Virus record (IMG/VR): IMGVR_UViG_3300010361_000001
Direction: 5' to 3' (one strand)
DNA from: an uncultured virus (IMG/VR IMGVR_UViG_3300010361_000001)
Taxonomy: Duplodnaviria; Heunggongvirae; Uroviricota; Caudoviricetes
Length of the DNA stretch: 55,539 bases
Within the stretch, counting starts at the first letter, position 1; the number at the start of each line of letters is the position of its first letter. Under the pieces are notes generated by a model. It was not told where the DNA came from. It made no database searches and saw only the letters and a list, made by a program, of their open reading frames with translations. The position numbers and the translations under genes are program-made. Below, in pieces: positions 46,632 to 55,539 of this stretch.

Positions 46632-47892
46632 CATCCAGGAGGAGACCCTCTCGTGTTGCATCCGGGTCAGGGGGTTCCAGGCTCTAGCTGAGGCCCGGAT
46701 CACCAGCGAGTACTTCACAGAGGACAACGCTGCCGTCTTCGACTGGATGCGTGAGCATTGGTCCAAGTACGGGGAGTCACCCAGCCAGGCAGCGTATGAC
46801 CGGGCCTACCCGGACGATCCCCTGGTGCCCACCGCTGAGCCGCTGGCCTACTACATAGACGAGCTACGCGAGGCGTACCGCTACGTCCGCATCAGCGCCA
46901 TGCTCGATGGCATCAAGGATCCACTTCAGAACCATGACACCGGCATTGTGCTGAAGCTCATGGCCGCTGGCCTTGAGAGCATCCACACAGACGTCGCAGA
47001 TCTCGTGGACAACGTCATCAACGACACCGACGCCATGGAGCAACGCTTGACTTACTACGACAACCTGACCACAAAGCGTGGACTCCTGGGTCTGCCCACC
47101 GGGTTCCCAAGCATGGACCAGGCCACGGCGGGCCTCCAGAAGGGCCAGTTGGTCACCCTGGTCGGCCTCCAGAAGGTAAAGAAATCCATGCTGCTGATGT
47201 GCATGATGATCGCTGCCAGCCAGGCCGACGCCAGCACCATGTTCGTCAGCTTTGAGATGAACGACACCGAGCAGACCACCCGTCATGACGCCCTCCGAGC
47301 CAACATCAGCCTGACTCGGCTCCAGCGGGGGGAGTACACCCCCGATGAGCGCAAGCGACTCGTACGAATGATGCATGAAGCAGATGAGCGGCCACCCGTC
47401 ACCCTGATTCATGATCCCACCAGCACCACCACCGTGTCAGCCATCGCCGCAAAAATAGCAGCCAAGAAACCCGACGTAGTTTTTATCGACGGCACCTACA
47501 TGCTGGACGCTGAGGGCGTGAGCGCTGATCCGGGCACCCCCCAGGCCCTGACCAACATCACCAGGAGTCTGAAGCGGCTGGCCCAACGGGCTGACATCCC
47601 CATCGTCCAGACCACCCAGGCTCTGTCCTGGAAGGCCAGGAAGCACCTGACCCTGGACAGCATCGGATATTCCTCCAGTTTTGCCCAGGACTCTGATGTT
47701 ATTTTTGGTGTAGAGGAGGTGAAGGAGGCCGATGGCACCATCAGCGAGCATGAGCTACTACTGCGGATCATCGCCAGCCGGAACTGCCCCAAGAGGGACG
47801 TACGCCTGGGTACCGACCTGGACTACGGCTCCATCACCGAGCTAGATGACTACCAGTACGAGTCGGACGTAGACGACAACACGAATGATTGA
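46624..47892 (+). CDS. dnaB: DnaB-like replicative helicase
   Basis: LPTGF..D..T.GLQ.GQL, SFEM, VFIDG, SF.QDSD. Confidence 0.9.
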   Translation: MPDIQEETLSCCIRVRGFQALAEARITSEYFTEDNAAVFDWMREHWSKYGESPSQAAYDRAYPDDPLVPTAEPLAYYIDELREAYRYVRISAMLDGIKDPLQNHDTGIVLKLMAAGLESIHTDVADLVDNVINDTDAMEQRLTYYDNLTTKRGLLGLPTGFPSMDQATAGLQKGQLVTLVGLQKVKKSMLLMCMMIAASQADASTMFVSFEMNDTEQTTRHDALRANISLTRLQRGEYTPDERKRLVRMMHEADERPPVTLIHDPTSTTTVSAIAAKIAAKKPDVVFIDGTYMLDAEGVSADPGTPQALTNITRSLKRLAQRADIPIVQTTQALSWKARKHLTLDSIGYSSSFAQDSDVIFGVEEVKEADGTISEHELLLRIIASRNCPKRDVRLGTDLDYGSITELDDYQYESDVDDNTND

Positions 47893-48769
47893 AGACCTGC
47901 TGGAACACATCGGGGTGGAGGACATCCGAAGCCTGGGCGATGAGGTCCAGGCCCGGTGTCCCCTGCACGAGAAGCGCACGGGCGAGCGGGAGCGTCGGCC
48001 AGACCACTGGTCCATCAACCGGCGCTCCGGCGCCCACCACTGCTTCTCCTGTGAGTACTCCGGCAGCCTGACGCGCCTCATCATGGACGTGACCAAGATG
48101 GGGGTGTGGGAGGCCCACCGGCTCATCCGGGAGTACGAGGTCGACCTCTCTGACATCGCTGAGGCGCCCTGGGAGCCACCCGTGGGGGCCGTGGTCAAGA
48201 GCCGCCTGGAGGACTTCGGGCCTCCCCCACCCAGGGCTGCTGAGCGCCGTCACCTGACTCCTGAGAGCATCGACCGCTACCAGATCCGCTGGGACTACGA
48301 GGAGTCAGCCTGGATCATCCCCATCTACTCCCCCACCGGGGAGAACTGGGGCTGGCAGGCCAAGGCCCCCGACGAGGTGAGGAACCACCCACCCGGCCTC
48401 AAGAAGGGGCGCACCCTGTTCGGCCTCCACGTCCTGCGGGCCAGCGCGTGGGTGGTGCTGGTGGAGTCGAGCCTCGACGTGGTGTACCTCGACACCCTGG
48501 GCGTGCCCGCCGTGGCCGCTTTCGGCTGCGATGTTAACGACCACCAGATGAAACTCCTGATAGAGCGGTGTGACAGTGTGGTCTTAGCATTGGACGCTGA
48601 TAAAGCCGGGATCCGGGCCACCCGGCGCCTGCTCCAGGACAAGTGGCACCACCGGATCCCCATCTCGGTGTTCAACTACGCCGGGATGAGGGGCAAGGAT
48701 CCGGGGGAGTTAACGGCGCCGGAGGTGTTTAAGGGGCTGGACACGGCGGTCCTAGCCTCGTTCTGGTGA
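47885..48769 (+). CDS. DNA primase (Zn-binding plus TOPRIM)
   Basis: CPLH...HCFSC; LVES..D; LALDADKAG; KDPGE. Confidence 0.9.
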   Translation: MIEDLLEHIGVEDIRSLGDEVQARCPLHEKRTGERERRPDHWSINRRSGAHHCFSCEYSGSLTRLIMDVTKMGVWEAHRLIREYEVDLSDIAEAPWEPPVGAVVKSRLEDFGPPPPRAAERRHLTPESIDRYQIRWDYEESAWIIPIYSPTGENWGWQAKAPDEVRNHPPGLKKGRTLFGLHVLRASAWVVLVESSLDVVYLDTLGVPAVAAFGCDVNDHQMKLLIERCDSVVLALDADKAGIRATRRLLQDKWHHRIPISVFNYAGMRGKDPGELTAPEVFKGLDTAVLASFW

Positions 48770-50322
48770 GCTTCAAGGGCACCCTGTACCCCTTCCAGGA
48801 GGAAGCGGTGCAGAAGATGATCGAGATGCAGAAGCTCCTCGTGGCCTACGAGATGGGCCTGGGGAAGACCGTCATCACCATCGCCGCCTGCGAGCAGTTG
48901 ATCGAGGAGGGGCTGATCGGCGGAGTGTTGATCTTGGCCCCTGCCTCGATCAAGCTCCAATGGAAGCACATGATCGAGGAGTTCTCACCCGACGCGAGCG
49001 TCATCGTCGTCAATGGGGATGCCCGCAAGCGGGAGGAGCAGTATCGGCGCTACAACCAGCACCAGGCCGAGTACCTCATCCTCAATCCCGAGCAGATGGT
49101 CAACGACTGGGAGATCGTGAGCAAGCTCCCCCGTGACGTCATCGTGGCCGACGAGGTGACGTGGGCGAAGAACTTCCGCCCGCACCGGTCGAAGAAGCTC
49201 AAGCGGCTCCGGGCCACCTACCAGTGGGGCCTCACCGGGCAGCCCATCGAGAACCGGGCTGAGGAACTTTTTTCGATCATGCAGTGGATCGACCCAAGCG
49301 TGCTGGGCAACTTCAAGACCTTCGATGCCGCCTTCATCAAGCGGGACCACTTCGGGCGGGTGCGTATGTACCGGAACCTGCCCACCCTGCATCGCCTGGT
49401 GGTCGATCACATGGTGCGCCGCACCAGGGCTGAAGTGGCAGATCAACTGCCAAAGGTGGTCGAGCCACCACCGCTCCTCATCGACGCCGATCCAGGTACC
49501 TCTGCCCTGTACCGACGCATGGTGCATGACCTGGAGTCCGAACTCGCTGAGGCCATCAACACCTGGGGCAACTTCTCCCTGTCGGGGTTCTACCACGGGG
49601 AGGATCAGGGCGAAGCTCGTGGCCGGATCATGAGCAAGCTGGTGTGCATGAGGATGCTGTGCGACCACCCGGACCTCCTTCGGTTGTCGGCGGCGCACTA
49701 TCGAGGGGTGCTTCCTGGTAACCGACAGGGCAGTGAGTATGCCCAGGAGCTACACGCCCTGGGCAAGCTGGAGGCCCTCAAGAAGGCCCCCAAGCTGGAT
49801 GCTGCCGTCGAGTTGGTCAAGGACATCCTGGAGGCTGATGATTCCAACAAGGTGGTGCTGTTCTCCTTCTTCCGGGACATGCTCGATCTCATACAGGAGG
49901 CCACCAGGGACGTGACCAAGTCGGTGCTGTTCACGGGCGCCATCTCCACCGTGGCCCGTGACCGGGCGAAGCAGGAGTTCGCTACCGATCCGGAAACTCG
50001 TCTCTTCCTCTCAAGCGATGCTGGCGGTATCGGACTGGACCTACCGGTAGCGAACTACCTGATCAGCTATGACCTACCCTGGTCCGCAGGGGCCTACGCA
50101 CAACGCCAGAGCCGAATCATACGTTTATCATCTGTCTGGCCCAGGGTGACCCTGCTCACCCTCCAGGTCACCGACAGCATCGAGGAGTACCAGTACCGGC
50201 TCCTGGGCCAGAAGAAGCGGGTGGCTGACGCCGTGGTGGACGGCACCGGCATCAGCCCCAAGGGGCGCCTGACCATGGATCTCCAGTCCCTGTCCGAATG
50301 GCTCCAGAGCCACGTCGTATGA
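48766..50322 (+). CDS. SNF2-family helicase
   Basis: EMGLGKT, ADE, LTGQPIEN, GIGLDL, QRQSRIIR. Confidence 0.9.
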   Translation: MSFKGTLYPFQEEAVQKMIEMQKLLVAYEMGLGKTVITIAACEQLIEEGLIGGVLILAPASIKLQWKHMIEEFSPDASVIVVNGDARKREEQYRRYNQHQAEYLILNPEQMVNDWEIVSKLPRDVIVADEVTWAKNFRPHRSKKLKRLRATYQWGLTGQPIENRAEELFSIMQWIDPSVLGNFKTFDAAFIKRDHFGRVRMYRNLPTLHRLVVDHMVRRTRAEVADQLPKVVEPPPLLIDADPGTSALYRRMVHDLESELAEAINTWGNFSLSGFYHGEDQGEARGRIMSKLVCMRMLCDHPDLLRLSAAHYRGVLPGNRQGSEYAQELHALGKLEALKKAPKLDAAVELVKDILEADDSNKVVLFSFFRDMLDLIQEATRDVTKSVLFTGAISTVARDRAKQEFATDPETRLFLSSDAGGIGLDLPVANYLISYDLPWSAGAYAQRQSRIIRLSSVWPRVTLLTLQVTDSIEEYQYRLLGQKKRVADAVVDGTGISPKGRLTMDLQSLSEWLQSHVV

Positions 50323-50660
50323 CCGATGGCCCTCAGTACCTCTTCTGTGGCTCCCGGCTGACCGACGACACCTACGTCCTCCGGCTCCTTCTGGAGGGCC
50401 TCAACACCTGGGCACGCCAGTGGCAGGAGCGCATCTTCATCCAGGACGACGGCAGCCTCCGGGATCTGGAGTTTGAGGTGGAGCAGTTCAAGTACATCCA
50501 CCATCGCCGGGTGGACGGCTGGGAGGATCCCAACGTCGTCTTCTGCTTCATGGACCGCATGAGCCACAATCGCGCCTCTGAGCGGCTGCTGGCGGTTGCT
50601 GCGAAACACCACCGGCCCGCCTTCATAATCAGCGGAGACAATCGCCCACCGGAGGGGTAA
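50319..50660 (+). CDS. Hypothetical protein with SLOG/YspA-like N-terminus
   Basis: YLFCGSR; ATGA coupling. Confidence 0.55.
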   Translation: MTDGPQYLFCGSRLTDDTYVLRLLLEGLNTWARQWQERIFIQDDGSLRDLEFEVEQFKYIHHRRVDGWEDPNVVFCFMDRMSHNRASERLLAVAAKHHRPAFIISGDNRPPEG

Positions 50661-50689
50661 CGGTCACACCCCCTCTGTAGCCTTGTTGC

Positions 50690-51154
50690 ATGGCACGTCT
50701 GGTACGTACGCAGTCCCTGGACCTGGCCGCTCTACGGCAAGGGGTGAGCGACTGGTTTGCCCTTAAGCGCCAGTCCAACCTGCTGGCTGAGAAGCTGGAC
50801 CAGGGCACCAAGAACCTGAAAGGGATCCTGCAAAAATACGGTGAGAAGGATCCCTCAGATGGCTCCCTTTATCTGGACCTGGGTGACCCCATAGGTGAGG
50901 AGCGGATCGCCTGGATGAAGAACCTGATGGTGTCCTCCAAGCGCATGAATGAGGAGGTGTGTGAGGAGATCCTCACCGAGAAGGGCATGTGGGAGGACAT
51001 GACCGAAGTGATCCGGGTTCCGGACGAGTCCCGGATCCTGGCGGCGTACTACGACAAGCGCATAACGGATGACGAACTGGCCCGCATGTTCCCTCAGGTG
51101 GACAGCTACCGATTCTTCCTCCTGAACGACGAAAGGAAGCCGGTGCGGGCATGA
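50690..51154 (+). CDS. Hypothetical protein
   Basis: TAGCCT lies 6 nt before the ATG, suggesting a leaderless start. Confidence 0.75.
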   Translation: MARLVRTQSLDLAALRQGVSDWFALKRQSNLLAEKLDQGTKNLKGILQKYGEKDPSDGSLYLDLGDPIGEERIAWMKNLMVSSKRMNEEVCEEILTEKGMWEDMTEVIRVPDESRILAAYYDKRITDDELARMFPQVDSYRFFLLNDERKPVRA

Positions 51155-51612
51155 CAGATCTCATGAGAGAGTTTGAACCACTCCAGGACGAGTTCTATCC
51201 GGGATCGAAGCAGCGGCGCCGGGAGTCCCTGGAGATGCGCCGGGAGCGCACGCTGGCTGAGCGGCGCCAGGAGCGCGAGGACGAGCCATGGGACACCAGG
51301 CCCATCATGATCTGGTACCAGGGCGTCGAGTACGAGATGTTTCGCATCGGGGCGCTCGCCAAGGCCCTGAACAAGGACAGCGTCACCATCCGGGCCTGGA
51401 TGCGAAAGGGTTGGCTACCACGCAACAGCTTCCAGACCCGCCCGATCCCAGGAACGCTGGGGGATGCGGGTCGGAAGCTGTGGACGCGTCGCCAGATCGA
51501 GGGGATCGTGCAGATCGCCAGAGAGGAGGGCCTCCTAGAGGACAAACCACCACGTATAACCGCCACCGACTTCACCAAGCGGGTCACCGCAGCCTGGAGA
51601 TCGTGGCGATGA
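51151..51612 (+). CDS. MerR-like HTH DNA-binding protein
   Basis: FRIGALAKALNKDSVTIRAWMRKGWLP...RKLWT. Confidence 0.8.
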   Translation: MTDLMREFEPLQDEFYPGSKQRRRESLEMRRERTLAERRQEREDEPWDTRPIMIWYQGVEYEMFRIGALAKALNKDSVTIRAWMRKGWLPRNSFQTRPIPGTLGDAGRKLWTRRQIEGIVQIAREEGLLEDKPPRITATDFTKRVTAAWRSWR

Positions 51613-51989
51613 AGCTGACGAAGAACATCAGGTACTTAGTCCGGGTCCGGGACTATGAGACCGTCCACGTCGAGGTCGGTGCTGAGGCCGATCACCACGA
51701 CCTGGGGATGGATGACCGGGCCTGGGCTGAGCTATCCCCTACCCAGCGAGCCACCAACACCGACTTCCTGGAACTACTTGTCATTGATGAAGTCGAGAGA
51801 CTTGCACGCGACGAGCTTTCCCGCATCGCTCGATGGAGCGAAATCGAACCCAACCTTGCCGAAGACTTCCTGTCCACTACCCCCATGCCAAGGAGCAACC
51901 ATGCCAGAAACCCGCAGACTGGTCCGCAACCCCAAGCCAGCCGAAGAGTACGACGAGGAGGAGGTGCCACAGCGTCGGCTACGGCGTGA
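51609..51989 (+). CDS. Hypothetical protein
   Basis: ATGA start (MKLTKNIRY...YETVHVEVG); its 3' end overlaps the SSB gene. Confidence 0.6.
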   Translation: MKLTKNIRYLVRVRDYETVHVEVGAEADHHDLGMDDRAWAELSPTQRATNTDFLELLVIDEVERLARDELSRIARWSEIEPNLAEDFLSTTPMPRSNHARNPQTGPQPQASRRVRRGGGATASATA

Positions 51990-52596
51990 CGAGCCAGAAG
52001 AGAAGGACACGCCCCGGCGCAGCGACATGGCCGTCGCCAAGGGGTGGAGCGGCTACAGGCGTACCAAGGCCAACGCCCCGTCCCCCTGGACGAAGCTGTA
52101 CAAGGTGGCCGACGAAGAGAAAATCATCATGTTCCTGGAGGATGGGCCGTACGCATCTTTTCTCCAGCACTGGTGCGAGTGGGTGCCCAGGGGCACCAAG
52201 CAGAGCTATGTGTGCCTCCAGGATGACTGCCCCCTGGACGAGGTGGATCCCAAGCCCCAGGCCAGGGTCCGGTTCAACATCCTCGACTGCCAGGGCGACG
52301 TCCCCACCCACGTCACGTTTGAGACGGGGGTCTCGGTCACCGAGATGCTGGAGGAGTACTCTGAGGATGAGCCTCTGAGTGGGCGGTACTTCGCCGTAGC
52401 CATGAAGGGGCCGAAGAACAGCCGCCGCACACAGATTCGCCCTATCAAGAACCGAGACCTCCAAGAGGACTGGGATTTTGAGCCGCTGTCCAGGGCTGAC
52501 ATCGCCAAGTTCGATGCCAAGCTCCTGGATGATTCATCGTTGGAAATCAATAGCAGGAGTGACCTCCGCAAGGTGGCCGACTCCTTCAACGAGTAG
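51901..52596 (+). CDS. Single-stranded DNA-binding protein (gp32-like)
   Basis: AAGGAG RBS; FLED.P...QHW...YVC...CPL; located before the polymerase. Confidence 0.7.
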   Translation: MPETRRLVRNPKPAEEYDEEEVPQRRLRRDEPEEKDTPRRSDMAVAKGWSGYRRTKANAPSPWTKLYKVADEEKIIMFLEDGPYASFLQHWCEWVPRGTKQSYVCLQDDCPLDEVDPKPQARVRFNILDCQGDVPTHVTFETGVSVTEMLEEYSEDEPLSGRYFAVAMKGPKNSRRTQIRPIKNRDLQEDWDFEPLSRADIAKFDAKLLDDSSLEINSRSDLRKVADSFNE

Positions 52597-52610
52597 AGGT
52601 CCGTACGGGG

Positions 52611-54794
52611 GTGCCGGGTCAACCCGCCGCCGTGTCGGAAAGGGAGGGAGACCGGAACCGTCGCTGGTCTCCCTCCTCCAACTATCCCCAGTGTCTGGTG
52701 GTGGTGCCCTCGATCCGCACGCGCCAGGGCCGTACCTTCCTTGAGCGGTCATGGCGATGCATCCTCTGCGAGGGCCATGACGGCGCCCACGATCTCGGTG
52801 GCACCAAGAAGCAGAAGCTCTACACCGACAAGGACATCGAGGCCATCGAGCAGGAGGCTGAGGAGCGGGGGCTGGCTGAGCTAACCCCGGCTCCGGTGCG
52901 CCCGGTGCCCACCATGGCTATCGACGCCATCCTCACCACCCGCCAGCTAAATGAGGTGCTGTACGCCTACTCCAAGTTCAACCGATTTTCCTTCGACGTC
53001 GAGACGCGTGCCAACCGGGCACTGCGCCGGGTCAACGGCAGCGCCAAGATCAAGGACAAGCCGCCCCTGGACGCCCGGACCAACGAGGTCTGGAGTATGG
53101 CCCTCGCTGGCCCGGATCGTTCCGATGTCATACCCATGGGGCACCCTCTCGGACCCAGGCAGTTAACGCCGGAACAGGTGTTTACGACCCTGGAACCGCT
53201 GTTCTTTTCTGAGCGCCGGAAGATCAACCAGAACGTCGGCTTCGACCTGCTGAGCATCGCCAAGTACTACGACGGGCAGATCCCGCCACCCCCCTACGGC
53301 GACGTCATGACCCTGGCCTTCCTCCTCGATGAGAACCTGGGCCGGTACAACCTGGGCGCCCTGACCCAGGTGTACCACGGCTTCATCTACAGCGAGAAGC
53401 TGGGTGAGAAGGCGTACACCAGCCCCTACCGGGAGGCCATCGACTACAACCACACCGACGCCAAGTGGGCCTACATGCTGTGGTGGCACCTCCACCGCTT
53501 CATCCGCAAGCCAGGCCGGGAGAAGCTCTGGCGGCTCTTCAACCTGGAGATGGACGTGCTGGAGGTACTCCTCGACATGCGCCGCACCGGGGCCTACGTC
53601 GACCTGGAGGGCTTCCACGAGCTACAGCCGGTCCTGACCGCCCAGGTCAATGATTTGGTCACCGAGATCCAGCAGATGGTGGGCTGGGACGACGGCTGCC
53701 AGTGCAGCAAGTACAGGACCAGCATCAACCTCAACAGCCCGGATCAGATAGGGCACTGGCTCTACGACGAACTGGGCCTGCGCGTGCCCAAGCTGACCGA
53801 CACCGGCAAGCGCTCCACCGACGCCGACACCCTCAAGGTGCTGGCACGGCGCCGGAAGGAACCCCGCAAGCTCCTGGAGTACAAGGACATCAACAAGCTG
53901 CTGTCCACCTACGTGATCGGGTTCATCCCCACCATCGACAGCGACAGCCGGATCCGGGCCAGCTTCAACCAGGCGGTCGCCAAGACCGGGCGCCTCTCCT
54001 GCTCAGAGCCGAACCTCCAGAACATCCCCGCCCGATGGAAGGAGGGCTTTGAGTCCACCATGATCCGCAAGCTGTTCATTGCCCCTTTGGGCAAGGTGCT
54101 GATCGTGGCCGACTACAGCCAGATCGAGCTACGGATCCTGGCCCACCAGACCCAGGATCCCAAGCTGCTCTATGCCTATACCCACGGGGAGGATCTCCAC
54201 CGGCTGACGGCCAGCCTCATCTGGCGCGTCCCCATGGATCAGGTGACCACTGAGCAGCGGGCGATCGCCAAGAACAGCAACTTCAACTTCGCATTTGAGG
54301 GCGGGCCTGGCCGGGTGGTGGCGATGTCAGGGATCTCCCTGGAGGACGCCCAGGACGTCTACGACGGGTGGCACCGGGCCTATCCAGGGGTCAAGCGGTG
54401 GGGCAAGCAGGTCAAGCGGGACTGCCTGCGCCAGGGCTGGGTGGAGACCCTGTACGGGCGCAAGCGGCGCCTGGAGGAGATCCGGTCCTCTGACATGCGG
54501 GAGCGCTCCTATGCCGAGCGCCAGGCCGTCAACCATCCCATCCAGGGGACGGCTGCCGACATCGCCAAGGTGGCCCTGGTGGAGGTCCGTAGGGTACTAC
54601 GTGCCTTCGACGCCCACCTGACCCTCCAGGTCCACGATGAGTTCGTCATTGAATGCTCCAAGCGCCAGGTGGACGACGTCATACCCTTGATAAAGGAAGC
54701 GATGGAAAACATCCAGCTAGACGGGCATCCGGTGCTGCGCGTCCCCCTGGAAGTGAACATCGGCGTGGGGTCGAACTGGTCGGAGGCCAAGTGA
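52611..54794 (+). CDS. polA: Family A DNA polymerase with 3'-5' exonuclease; start uncertain (52611-52914)
   Basis: FDVET, NVGFD and YNHTD exo motifs; TGRLSC.EPNLQNIP, ADYSQIELR, QGTAAD, QVHDE. Confidence 0.95.
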   Translation: MPGQPAAVSEREGDRNRRWSPSSNYPQCLVVVPSIRTRQGRTFLERSWRCILCEGHDGAHDLGGTKKQKLYTDKDIEAIEQEAEERGLAELTPAPVRPVPTMAIDAILTTRQLNEVLYAYSKFNRFSFDVETRANRALRRVNGSAKIKDKPPLDARTNEVWSMALAGPDRSDVIPMGHPLGPRQLTPEQVFTTLEPLFFSERRKINQNVGFDLLSIAKYYDGQIPPPPYGDVMTLAFLLDENLGRYNLGALTQVYHGFIYSEKLGEKAYTSPYREAIDYNHTDAKWAYMLWWHLHRFIRKPGREKLWRLFNLEMDVLEVLLDMRRTGAYVDLEGFHELQPVLTAQVNDLVTEIQQMVGWDDGCQCSKYRTSINLNSPDQIGHWLYDELGLRVPKLTDTGKRSTDADTLKVLARRRKEPRKLLEYKDINKLLSTYVIGFIPTIDSDSRIRASFNQAVAKTGRLSCSEPNLQNIPARWKEGFESTMIRKLFIAPLGKVLIVADYSQIELRILAHQTQDPKLLYAYTHGEDLHRLTASLIWRVPMDQVTTEQRAIAKNSNFNFAFEGGPGRVVAMSGISLEDAQDVYDGWHRAYPGVKRWGKQVKRDCLRQGWVETLYGRKRRLEEIRSSDMRERSYAERQAVNHPIQGTAADIAKVALVEVRRVLRAFDAHLTLQVHDEFVIECSKRQVDDVIPLIKEAMENIQLDGHPVLRVPLEVNIGVGSNWSEAK
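52643..52676 (+). terminator. Strong hairpin after the SSB gene (terminator or attenuator)
   Basis: GGAGGGAGACC...GGTCTCCCTCC perfect 11-bp stem with no U-tract. Confidence 0.55.
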
Positions 54795-55297
54795 TGAGCG
54801 ATGTGAGTTGGTGGGAGCGTCAGCTATCAAAGGTAGTACCCCAACGCCCTACAGCCCCAGTACCCTCTCAGCCTGTCGGCTACCCGCAGAAAGCGGTGCG
54901 CTGGCAGCCCCAGTACCCTCCGACTGGGCCTCGCCAGGAGGTGGAAGAGAGCTACCAGTCGGAGGGCGATCCAGACGATAACTGGCATCGCGTCCGACGC
55001 CAGGGATTCATCGCCAAGGCGCCCAGCCACGCCACCAAGGACACCCACTGCCCTCAGTGTGGCGGGAGCAGCTATTTCCATCGCCGGGTGGGCAGCACCG
55101 AAGCCGCCCCCCTCTGCACCGAGTGTGGCTACAACGGCAACCTGTGGGAGCAGTCAGGCACCACGTTGAACGGGGCCGGGATCAAGTCGTCTGGCCCCTT
55201 GCAGTTCGCCCGCTCAGACAACCCTGATCACCAGCCCCGGTTCGGGGTGGATCCTACGCTTAACGGTACGGACTTCAGTTGGTCAAGTGTGAGGTGA
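54794..55297 (+). CDS. Zn-ribbon protein (CPQC...CTEC)
   Basis: TGATG coupling; starts MSDVSWW. Confidence 0.75.
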   Translation: MSDVSWWERQLSKVVPQRPTAPVPSQPVGYPQKAVRWQPQYPPTGPRQEVEESYQSEGDPDDNWHRVRRQGFIAKAPSHATKDTHCPQCGGSSYFHRRVGSTEAAPLCTECGYNGNLWEQSGTTLNGAGIKSSGPLQFARSDNPDHQPRFGVDPTLNGTDFSWSSVR

Positions 55298-55300
55298 GAT

Positions 55301-55539
55301 ATGCCAGGAGGAAAAGACCCCGGTCCCTCTATCAAAAAACCCGACAGCTATGAAGCTCTGAAGGAGAAGGGATTTTCCAAGAGCAAGGCGGCTGCCATCT
55401 CCAACGCTCAGGCTCAAGGCCAGGGCAGGCGCCACGCCATGGGCGTCGAGGGAGCCAAGACGCGAGAGAACCCCAAGGCCAAGGCCATGACCAAGGGTGG
55501 TGAAGCCCACCCGCAGAAGGCAACCAAGCGCTACAACAA
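55301..55539 (+). CDS. DUF7218-like small basic protein, 3'-truncated
   Basis: PGPSIKKPDSYEALKEKGFSKSKAAAISN matches an actinobacterial motif. Absent from the ORF track because it is truncated. Confidence 0.7.
   Translation, partial: MPGGKDPGPSIKKPDSYEALKEKGFSKSKAAAISNAQAQGQGRRHAMGVEGAKTRENPKAKAMTKGGEAHPQKATKRYN

Noticed and set aside
46624..54794. Inteins or introns in helicase, primase or polymerase
   Set aside because: Protein lengths are normal and no splice-junction or homing-endonuclease motifs were seen.

Overview
This window is a large part of a high-GC (roughly 65% by eye) tailed-phage genome with a contractile tail. The host is almost certainly an actinobacterium: there is a WhiB gene, an amidase-PGBD endolysin, leaderless starts and no LysB. 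It contains a head module (terminase, portal, scaffold, N4-gp56-type major capsid), a tail-fibre cluster with a 2407-aa adhesin, and an oppositely oriented neck/lysis block. It also has a sheath-tube-TMP-hub-spike module and a replication operon (initiator-like protein, WhiB, DnaC, DnaB, primase, SNF2, SSB, PolA). No integrase, tRNA or CRISPR was seen. The most interesting signals are: (1) four unrelated late proteins (glycosylase-like, GNAT-like, HExxH protease, unknown) share a QG[T/K]LF motif matching the beta-clamp-binding consensus; (2) a GGGTGGTCA-N22-(-10) box apparently drives bidirectional transcription at three sites; (3) a +1 UUU_CGU tail-chaperone frameshift; (4) a four-member array of paralogous fibre tips; (5) four paralogous IPT/TIG-cluster genes sharing an N-terminal motif; (6) an atypical PolA O-helix. 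All family calls come from motif recognition by eye; no database searches were run.
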